NCBI GenBank assembly: GCA_038087875.1
Contig: JAXLNO010000462.1
Span: 362,731 to 382,730 of the forward strand
Length of the DNA: 20,000 bases
Direction: 5' to 3'
Source of the DNA: Malacoraja senta
Lineage: Eukaryota
How positions within the stretch are numbered: position 1 is the stretch's first letter; every line of letters starts with the position of its first letter. Below the pieces are notes generated by a model that was given only the letters and a program-made list of their open reading frames with translations, had not been told where the DNA came from and ran no database searches. Below, in pieces: positions 10,214-20,000 of the stretch. The position numbers and the translations under genes are program-made.

Positions 10214-11758
10214 CCACCGTGAAGGGACTGCAGGAGTTTGTCGGCATGGTGACATTTTATCATCGTTTCGTGCCAGCGGCTGCTGCCATCATGCGCCCCC
10301 TTTACCGGTGTCTGGCAGGGACCTCGTATGGTTCGCGGAGACGGATGCAGCTTTCGAGGGTGCTAAAGCGGCCTTGGCCAATGCTACCACATTGGTGCAC
10401 GGTGCTTCCGCCCCCACCGTGCTCACCGTCGACCCCTCGGATGCTGCAGTAGGCGGTGTGTTGAAGCAGCTCGTTGACCCCTGCTGGCAGCCGCGGGCGT
10501 TTTACAGCGGGCTTCTGAATGCAAATACAGCACTTTCGACCGTGAGCTTCTAGCGCTATACCTGGCCATCCGGCATCTCAGGTATTTCCTCGAGGGCCGC
10601 ACGTTCACCGCGTTCACGGATCAGAAGCCCCTTACTTTCGCTCTCGGTAAGATCGCTGATCCGTGGTCCGCTCGGCAGCAACATCTCGGAATTTGCGACC
10701 GATATCTGATACGTAGCAGGGAAGCCTAACGTCGTTGCTGATGCCTTATCCTGCCCGGCCATTCCCTCCGTTTCGGCCCTCGACCACGGCGTCGACTACT
10801 GCGAGCTGGCAGCAGCGCAGCGGGCGGATGCCGGTATGGACGGCTACCGCTCCGCTGGCACCGGCCTTCGGCTGGCAGAAGTGCCTTGCGGTGTGGAAGG
10901 CACCGTGGTCTTGTGCGACGTTTCCAATGAACGGGCCCGCCCTATCGTCCCTGTAAGTTGGAGACTGCGAGTTTTTGACGCTGTCCATGGCCTGGCCCAC
11001 CCGTGCATCTGGCGGCCAAGTTTATTTGGCATGGGCTCCGCAAGCAGGTAGCTGCCTGGGCCCACGCCTGTGTCCCTTGTCACACCTCCAAGGTCCAGCA
11101 GCACATGCGGCTCCCGGTGCAGGATTTCGCGGTCCCCGAGGGCCGCTTCCTGCACGTGTATGTGGACCTTGTCGGTGGCATCGTAGACCGTTTCACGTGG
11201 TGGCCGGAGGCGATCCCACTGACGGATACCTCCGCCGTGGCGTGTGCTCGGGCTATGGCGGTCCACTGGATCGCCCGGTTCGGAGTGCCTTCTGACATTT
11301 CCACTGACGGGGGGGGGCCCAGTTCACCTCTTCCCTGTGGTCAGCCCTGGCCCAGCTCTACGTGGCGAATGGGTTGGTCGAGCGGTTCCATCGGCACCTG
11401 AACTCGGCACTGAAGGCCCAGCTTACGGGTCCAGATTGGATGGACCAACTGCCATGGGTCCTCCTTGATATCCGCACCGCGCCTAAGGAGGATTTGGCTG
11501 CTTCCCCCGGCTGAGCTCGTGTATGGCTCAACCCTGCGGGTGCCTGGAGATATCCCGCCGCAGCCCACGGGCAACTCGCCTCAGCCCCAACGTTGCTGGC
11601 CGGCCTTCGCGAACCGGTGCGCAAGTTGGCCCATTCCCACTTCCAGGCAAGGTTCGACCCTGTTTCGCCGGTCCCTAATGTTAAGCCCGCCCCACTTTCG
11701 CGGACCACGCGTTCCGGTCGTTCCATCTGGGTCCCCGCTCATTTCCGCACCTCGGGTT

Positions 11759-11810
11759 CTGGGGGGGGGGAGGTCCTAGCGGCACCTACTGGTGCCCGCG
11801 GGTAGTCGAA
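11759..11810 (+). mobile_element. Polypurine tract followed by truncated 3' LTR
   Basis: G-run plus AGG at 11761-11773, then TAGCGGCACCTACT…TAGTCGAA (11777-11810), matching the start of the LTR at 12020. Confidence 0.8.
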
Positions 11811-12265
11811 CTTGGCAGCGAGCGGCGACTGCGGAGGGTACACCAGCCCCAACCACGAGTGTACAAACAGGGAAGATGATTGAACTTTATTACCTTCTAT
11901 CACTGAGGAATATGGATTCCGCTGTGGTGGATGTTTATGTTAAAATTTATTTTATGTGGCTGTGTGCCTTGTTGCTTTTTACTTAGTATGGCTGTATGAT
12001 AACTCAAATATCACTGTACTGTAGCGGCACCTACTAGTCGAATCCTGCGGTCGGCTACATCGGTCATGTGTGGGGAGGGTTTGTGTTCGCGCGCTTTCTG
12101 GGCTTTCGTTTCGACCACCGTTGTGGTAAGACCCAAAGAGACCTATTCAGTTAGTCGTTGAACTCCCGTTGATTTCACCGTTTACGTTAATAAACCTGTT
12201 TGAAACCAACTTTCGTCTCAACTCGCCACAATTCCTTAATGTGACAATAAATTCCTTGAACTTGA
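11811..12265 (+). mobile_element. 3' tail of an unclassified non-LTR/SINE-like repeat, interrupted by a solo LTR
   Basis: T-rich 3' UTR-like sequence …TCACTGTAC|CTTAATGTGACAATAAA…CTTGAACTTGA with AATAAA and a short tandem tail. Confidence 0.45.
12020..12230 (+). mobile_element. Solo Gypsy LTR (211 bp)
   Basis: TG…CA termini, imperfect terminal inverted repeat TGTAGCG/CGCCACA, AATAAA at 12189-12194, and a 5' end matching the post-PPT sequence at 11777. The TSD is not clean (GTAC vs ATTC). Confidence 0.8.
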
Positions 12266-12274
12266 TAAGCTTTC

Positions 12275-12873
12275 CTCAATAATTAGTTATGTGTGTTTGA
12301 TGTTTGTGTGTAATCACATCTTATCGAAAAAACGATGTGCTAACGTTAAAATGTTACATATTCCGGTAGAGATTTTCCTCCTGGAGTCCAAAACAGCCTT
12401 ATCTGAAATTGATTTGCTTTATTTCTCGAGTTATTTATGAAAATGTTCACAAATCCGATAAAACCTTGAAAATAAATGAGATGGTCTCGCTGATGACGTC
12501 ACCATGGATCTGCTGCGCGTGACCTGCGCTGTGTTCCACGCACTGTGAGTGACGTCACACACACCCCCCGCCCAACTCGCAGTCGTTTGGTTGACAGCCG
12601 CTCCCCCCGATACCTGCTGCGCTTCTCTTCCCATCTCCTCTCCCCATCTCTTCCCCATCTCCTCTCCTGCCTCCTGTCCGCCCTCTTCTCCCCTCCTTCT
12701 CTCCCCCCCTGCCACTCCCCTCCCTCCCCCTCCTCTCCTCCTCTGTCCCCCTACCTCCCCCCCTTTCGCCACGTCCCTCTCCCCCCCCTCTGAGTGTGTG
12801 TGTGACGCCGCAGGCCGCCCTCCCACAACCGCGTGTTGTGGGGATGGGACACAACGTGTCCTACTTGGTCTAG
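12275..12873 (+). mobile_element. Non-autonomous Helitron-like element (5' boundary approximate)
   Basis: 3' hairpin GGACAC-AAC-GTGTCC (12847-12861), then CTAG (12870-12873) followed by T: the canonical Helitron 3' signature. Internal CT-rich tract. Confidence 0.6.
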
Positions 12874-13351
12874 TATATAATTAAAAAAAGGATAATGCTG
12901 ACTGATCGTGCACAATTGTGACAGCTTGGACAGGGGCATTCCCTGAGGGATTCGGGTGGTTGGAAGAGGTTTTCGTCTGTTTTTCCCCTCGGTTGTCGGG
13001 AGGAAGGCGGCGGCACTCGGCCCGTCGGGGCCAGGATGCACGGGAGGAAGGCTGAGCTTGGATTGAGGCTTGGAAGGCTGAGCTGGTCTCCCCTGCCCCG
13101 ACCCGCATCCGGTCCACCACGGAGGGGGCAGCGAGCAAACTCCACACAGACAGCGTCAGTGGTCGCTCTGGCCGGAGACGGGCCCTTCGGCCCCTCTCGT
13201 CCGTGCTACCCCGGGCTTTCTGTAACACAATCTTGCACTGTTTTGAAATTATTGTGTTTGTCATCACTGTATGTACACTGTTTGCTCTGGCGGCTGCGTG
13301 TAAACGGGCGATTTCATCGCCTCCCGATCGATGTGCAGAACAACAAACTTT

Positions 13352-14013
13352 TGTCCCTGGCACGCTAATTACGCGACCCCTTGGTCGCGTTGAGCCGAGA
13401 CGGTCCCGCGAAGGTCGTGCGCGATTTCATTCAACCGCACAGCTGTCTGGAGCGCGTGACGTAATTTGAAGATAGACACAAAATGCTGGAGTAACGGGTC
13501 GAGACTCGTTACAAAATGCTGATGTTTCGGGTCGAGACTCTTCTTCAGTCTGAAAGAAGGGTCTTGACCCGAAACGTCACCCATTGCTTCTCTCCAGAGA
13601 TGCTGCCGGTCCCGTTGAGTTACTCCAGCATTTTGTGTCTATCTTCAATATTCTTGGCCCCGCTCTGGGAGTAGACGTGGGGGCGGATCCGGACCGCAAC
13701 GGCCGTGAGCCCCAGGCCGAGTTCGGCGATCGTTTGCCTGCTTCTGCTGCTGTTGCAGGTGAGAAGTTGCGTCGCGCCAGGGTCTTGGGCCTGTCTCACT
13801 TTGGCCGTCATTTCCGCGACAGGCCGTTGGAGCGCGAAGATTTCGTTTGCGACAAAAATTTCGGACCCACGCGCGATGTCGCGCACAACTCCATACCCCT
13901 CCGCGCTTCTCAGTGGGACCGTCCCCGCACGGCCATACGATGCCCGTGCGCCTCAATGCAACCATGAGGTCGCGTAATTTGCGTGCCAAGGACACGTAAG
14001 TGGGACAGGCCCT
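13352..14013. mobile_element. PIF/Harbinger-like MITE 1 (outer left TIR lost)
   Basis: Left TGTCCCTGGCACGCTAATTACGCGACC is inverted relative to right GGTCGCGTAATTTGCGTGCCAAGGACA; the right end GTGGGACAGGCCC is followed by TTA. Confidence 0.7.
13466..13648. mobile_element. Palindromic (inverted dimer) Penelope-derived element nested in MITE 1
   Basis: Perfect 30 bp inverted ends TTGAAGATAGACACAAAATGCTGGAGTAAC (13466-13495 / 13619-13648); two divergent hammerhead-like cores at 13521-13548 (-) and 13550-13578 (+). Confidence 0.8.
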
Positions 14014-14015
14014 TA

Positions 14016-15005
14016 ACTCCCCCAAGCTGGCGACCTCTGATTCTTACTCCCCCAAGCTGGTGACCTCCCCCCTACTCCCCCAAGCTGGCGACCTCCGATT
14101 CTCCGAATGCCCCTGTCCCACTTAGGAAACCTGAACGGAAACCTCTGGTGACCTTGCCCGCGACCCAAGGTTTCCATGAGGTTGCCGGAGGTTTTGGTCA
14201 CTCGCCTGGAAAGCCTCGAACTGGATCGACCGAAGCGTGAGCTGCATCTACAGATCGCACACATACCAACACATGGTGAAGGTGGGGGCCAGGGACAGCG
14301 GAGGAGCGCTGTCTGCGCGCTGAAGAGGAAGGTAAACGGCTGTCAGAGCACCGTAAGTCTTTTAGAGAGGGGGGAGAGAAGGGGGGGGGTGAGAGAAGGA
14401 GACAGTTTTAAGCAAATATCCTATATAATCTTTGGTTTTAAGAAGTTTAATAAATTTAGCAGGTATTTTACCTACCGGCGGGTCTTCTAGGTCCTGAAAA
14501 CTCCAATGAGCCAATCAAAATGGCCGGTCAGCGAAGGAGATGGCCTTCGACTGCCTGTAAGTAAATAGCGACCGCACTCCACTGGCTTCGACCAAATGGC
14601 GACCCATTTTTTGTCAAGGCCGGTTTTGATTTTGTTGAAATAATCGAAGCAACCCAGACGAAGCCTCGACCACGCGGAAACCACTTTCGACTATTAGCGA
14701 GAGTGACCAAAACCTCCGGCGACCTCATAGAAACCTTGGGTCGCGGCTAGGTCACCAGAGGTTACCGTTCAGGTTTCCTAAGTGGGACAGGGGCATTACA
14801 CCCCCAAGCAGGCTACCTCCCATCTCTCATTTCCCGCAGACTGGCCACCTTCATACTTTATCCCCCAAGCTGGCTACATCCCATCCGGTACCCCCCTAGG
14901 GGAGTACCTCCCCTTCGTTAATCCTCCAAGCTGCCTACCTCCCATTACCCTTACTCTCCCAAGCTGGCTACCTCCCATCCCTTACTCCCCCAAGCTGGCT
15001 CCCAC
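14016..15005. repeat. ~30 bp minisatellite (TACTCCCCCAAGCTGGC(G/T)ACCTC…) split by MITE 2
   Basis: Three units at 14016-14100 and further diverged units at 14799-15005. Confidence 0.8.
14106..14797. mobile_element. PIF/Harbinger-like MITE 2 with ~97 bp TIRs
   Basis: AATGCCCCTGTCCCACTTAGGAAACCTGAACGG…GGTTTTGGTCACTC is mirrored with few mismatches at ~14701-14797; shares the CCTGTCCCACTTA terminal motif with MITE 1. Confidence 0.85.
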
Positions 15006-15980
15006 TGCACTGTCACAGGCTGTGGGTCGGCAGCGCACCCACACATGGGGCCAGGTGGAGCGGACACACGGGGCCATAAACCCAGCAACGTCCCCGTCAG
15101 CAGAGTTGTGGACGGGAGGTGTCCGACTGCATGGAGGCGAGACTAATTTCTTATCATTTCTGGAGATGGTTGGCATTTTCTTTCATTAGTGATAGTGCAA
15201 CCTTAATTCTGAAGAATTCCGAAGAGCACAGTTGTCAAAGTTCGTCTCTTAAAGAAAGCAGACAGCAACAACATTGTTAAAGGTAAACCAAAGCAATCTT
15301 TAATCAATTTGCCAGACGGGAGTGGCGAGATCTACAAAGAGCACACACGTTGCTCAGCGCTTCTCGGGCTCCACTCAAAGAACAAAGGAAAGTTAGAGTA
15401 ATTATACATTTTCTTATCAATAAAACACACCTTCCAAATCTGAGTGAAAGATCCGTAGCCTAAGGGAAACAAGGGAGGCTGGACCCATATATTTGCAATG
15501 TCAGCCTTATTCTCAAATCTTGGCACAGCTTCAGTACAGCTGCCCATTCCGGAAGGACAACGAACTCCATTTTGTTTCAAATGACTTCCATCTTGGTTCC
15601 AGAATGGGCATCCGTCTGTGAACTAAAACAAGCTTGTAAGACTTGGATGAAAGCCACTACCTTGTCCTTAGCTGGGACAGGCAGTTCAGACCGATATCTA
15701 ATATGATGCTGTGCCCAGACAATACATCTCTATGTTAATACATTATTTCAGTGATTAGTATAAACCAAGCGTGTAAGATTTTCCCAGACTTTATTCTGCT
15801 GGGAAAATTCTCTTTTAAATTTGACTGCTTTCTGTTTTTCAGCAAATCTCCATTTTAATTTACGAACCATACTTGACCAAATTAAACTCTTTCACAGTGA
15901 GGTCAGGATAAACTTGCTTTATTTGTTACGTAAGGCACAAATGCGTCAAGGCTTTCTTTAAAAAACACTTTAAAATGCCT

Positions 15981-16404
15981 AAGAAGGAACTGCAGATGCT
16001 GGAAAATCGAAGGGAGACAAAAATGCTGGAGAAACTCAGCGGGTGAGGCAGCATCTATGGAGCGAAGGAAATAGGCAACGTTTCAGGTCGAAACCCTTCT
16101 TCAGACTGATGTGAGGGTGGGGAGGCGGGATGAAGAAAGGTGGAGCCAGTGGGCTGAGGGAGAGCTGAGAAGGTGAGAAAGTAGGAACTACCTGAAATTA
16201 GAGAAGTCAATGTTAATACCGCTGGGGAGCAAACTACCGAAGTGAAGTATGAGGTGCTGCTCCTCCAATTTACGGTGGTCCTTACTCTGGCCATGGAGGA
16301 GGCCCTGGACAGAAAGGTTGGATTCGGATTGGTAGGGGGGGTTGAAGTACTGAGCCACCGGGTGATCAGGTTGGTTATTGCGAACCGAGCGGAGGTGTTT
16401 GGCG
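15981..16404 (-). mobile_element. Penelope-like element 3' end: GIY-YIG endonuclease C-terminus plus terminal repeat with hammerhead-like motif
   Basis: Minus translation KHLRSVRNNQPDHPVAQYFN…RKLEEQHLILHFGSLLPSGINIDFSNFR* (stop 16188-16190) fits the PLE EH…VA.HF…E..I…P.GLN pattern; followed by CTGAAGAAGGGTTTCGACCTGAAACGTT (16104-16077). Confidence 0.85.
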
Positions 16405-16660
16405 TGTGTGCGTGAGAATGTGTGTGAGAGAGTGCGTGCGTGAGAGAGAGAGGGAGTGCGTGAGAGAGAGAGAGGGTGTGTGTGTGCGTGTGAGAGGGAT
16501 AGAGAGGGGTGTGGAAGATAGACAAGGAGCGAGAGCTGGAGTGTGCAACAGACGGAGCGAGAGGGAGTGTGTGAGAGAGGAGGGGGGCACGAGGGGGTGG
16601 AGTGGAGAGAATTTGTGTACGTGTGGGGGGTGTGTAGGGAGGTGAGAGAGGAATGTATAT
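16405..16660. repeat. Degenerate (GA)n/(GT)n microsatellite
   Basis: Mixed GA and GT dinucleotide runs. Confidence 0.85.
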
Positions 16661-16662
16661 GT

Positions 16663-16780
16663 GCAGCTTTAAGGGACATTGGTCAGGTAGCATTTGGAGT
16701 ATTGCATACAGTTCTGGTCACTCCATTACTGTACTGATGTGGAGGCTTTGGGGAAGGTGCAGAGATGGTTAACCAGAATG
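16663..16780 (+). mobile_element. Old CR1 RT fragment
   Basis: Translates approximately as TLVR.HLEYCIQFWSLHYCTDVEALGKVQRWLTRM. Confidence 0.75.
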
Positions 16781-16790
16781 GTTTAAAAAC

Positions 16791-16938
16791 TAGGAACTGC
16801 AGATACTTGTTAACAAAAAAGGACACAAAATGCTGGAGTAACTCAACGGGACGGGCAGCATCTCTGGTGAGAAGGAATAGGTGACTGAAGAAAAGACCCC
16901 TAAACGTTACCCATTCCTGCCAGCAGTTTTATGTTTAC
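16791..16938 (-). mobile_element. Decayed copy of the palindromic Penelope-derived repeat
   Basis: AGGAACTGCAGAT…GACACAAAATGCTGGAGTAACTCAACGGGAC…, then a degenerate CTGAAGAA…AAACGTTACCCATTCC in the opposite orientation. Confidence 0.7.
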
Positions 16939-16939
16939 C

Positions 16940-17417
16940 TAAAGAGCGCATATCTACGTGGCGGTGTGCCAGCAGGCTGGAGGAGCGGGTAAAGGCCTTG
17001 CCACAGGGCGGGCAGGTGAAGGGGCGCTGGCCGGTGTGGACTCGCCTGTGCTCCAGCAGGTGGTCAAGGCGGGTGAAGCCCTTACCACAGGACAGGCAGG
17101 GGAAGGGACCCTCGCCGCTGTGGGTACACCAGTGCTGCCACAGGCTGGACATGCGGGTGCAACCCTTGCCACACTCTGCACACACAAAGGTGTAACCAGT
17201 GTGTATCCGCTGGTGCTCCCGCAGCCCCCATGCTCTCTTGTCACAGTGGGAGACAGGGCATGGGAGGCCATGGCAAAGCGCTCTCCACACACCGGGCTGG
17301 GGACGGGACGGTCGCCGGCGTGCACCCGCTGGTGGGACAGCAGATAGGTGGAGCGGGTGAAGCCCTTGCCGCACTGGGCGCAGGTGTAGGGGACGCTCGC
17401 TGTTGTGGATGCGCTGG
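16940..17417 (-). pseudogene. Tandem C2H2 zinc-finger gene fragment (minus arm, frameshifted)
   Basis: [78 protein letters not shown], plus [23 protein letters not shown] in another frame. Confidence 0.9.
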
Positions 17418-17698
17418 TCCACACCGGCGAGCGCCTCTACACCTGTGCCCAGTGCGGCAAGGGCTTCACCCGCTCCACCTATCTGCTGTCCCACCAGCGG
17501 GTGCACGCCGGCGACCGTCCCGTCCCCAGCCAAGTGTGTGGAGAGCGCTTTGCCGGCCTCCCACGCCCTGTCTCACCAGCGCGTCCACACCAGTGGCCAG
17601 CCCTACGACTGCCAGTACTGCGGTGAGGAGTTTGACAGCTCACGGGGGTTGCGGCAGCACCGGCGGGCCCACGCCGGCAAACAGCTGCTCCCACTGTG
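17418..17698 (+). pseudogene. Tandem C2H2 zinc-finger gene fragment (plus arm, frameshifted)
   Basis: [29 protein letters not shown], then after a frameshift [33 protein letters not shown]. Confidence 0.9.
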
Positions 17699-19285
<1,587 letters not shown>

Positions 19286-20000
19286 GAACCAATATCTCAC
19301 TAATATAGTCTAATACACAAAAATACAATTATAACATACTCTATAATACTATATTAAACGATATCATATATTAGAACACAGTTTAACACTTAATAACACA
19401 AATACAATAAAAACACTATAACACGCTATAATACTATAATACACGACAACAATACAACACAACAAATTTTAATACACTAACACATTATAACACACCATAT
19501 CACTATAATAGAATAACACACTATAATAACAATAACACCTTGTAATAAACTAACACACTAAAACTATAGTACGTTATCCTGTTGTATAGTGTTACATTGT
19601 CTTATAGTGTTATAGTATTACTGCACATACACAAAAACACACTTATATATGTTGTTATTATTATTTTTATTATTATTATTTTATTATTATTAATACTATA
19701 ATAATACTATATAAAATGATATAATACATTATAACATTATACTACACTATTACATACTATGGTACACTTTAACACTTTAACACAGTATACACACATTACA
19801 ATATTATTTAACAACTAAATACACTATAATACAACACAAGTCACAATCACACTACACCCAATAGCACATTACAATACACACATAACATTCACACATAACA
19901 TACTAAGTATATAATACACCAGCATAAACACACTACACTACAACACCCAATAACACATTATTAGACACTCTCGCACTTTAACAGACTATAACACTACATC
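19286..20000. repeat. A/C/T-rich low-complexity tract (ACACTATA-like units, (TTA)n at ~19654-19692)
   Basis: G-poor top strand with recurring ACACTA/ATAACAC motifs. Confidence 0.85.

Larger units (their letters stand above)
9565..11760 (+). mobile_element. Ty3/Gypsy LTR retrotransposon internal region (pol: RT, RNase H, integrase), decayed; gag and 5' LTR absent
   Basis: PVPHIQDF, KVDLVRGYNQIP, MPFGLKN and FIYLDDILV (RT); FVGMVTFYHRF and DAAVGGVL (RT C-terminus and RNase H); HGLAHP..CVPCHTSK (HHCC) and DRFTWWPEAIPL..WIARFGVPSDISTD (integrase). Domain order RT-RH-IN; many frameshifts. Confidence 0.93.

Noticed and set aside
13130..13350. SINE and LINE-tail-like fragments
   Set aside because: Resemblance is too short and degenerate to assign a family or boundaries.
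14016..15005. CRISPR-like spaced repeats
   Set aside because: Inter-repeat segments are short and mutually similar, there are no cas genes, and the context is vertebrate-like; this is a minisatellite.
15770..15800. KIFPDF peptide resembling L1 ORF1p
   Set aside because: A six-residue match without supporting flanking similarity.
16940..17698. Functional zinc-finger gene
   Set aside because: Both arms are frameshifted, the 5' region is lost at the inversion centre, and several fingers are degenerate.

Overview
Eukaryotic, repeat-saturated genomic DNA. The repeat mix (CR1-type LINEs, Penelope-derived short repeats, tRNA-SINE fragments) suggests a cartilaginous fish such as a skate or ray; this is inference from recalled families, not a search result. 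No intact host gene is supported. In order, the window holds: a CT tract; a minus-strand CR1 3' end; a three-level nest of CR1 LINEs (1417-6966); a ~2.6 kb putative non-autonomous DNA transposon; a decayed Ty3/Gypsy pol with PPT, a truncated LTR and a nearby solo LTR; a non-autonomous Helitron-like element; two PIF/Harbinger-like MITEs around a minisatellite; a Penelope-like element 3' end (GIY-YIG tail); a C2H2 zinc-finger pseudogene folded into a ~160 bp inverted duplication; a 1.6 kb CT tract; and an AC-rich low-complexity end. The most notable signals are (i) a short Penelope-derived module with a hammerhead-ribozyme-like core in several copies, two with flanking direct repeats and one as an inverted dimer; (ii) two nested CR1 copies that share inactivating lesions; and (iii) the zinc-finger foldback.
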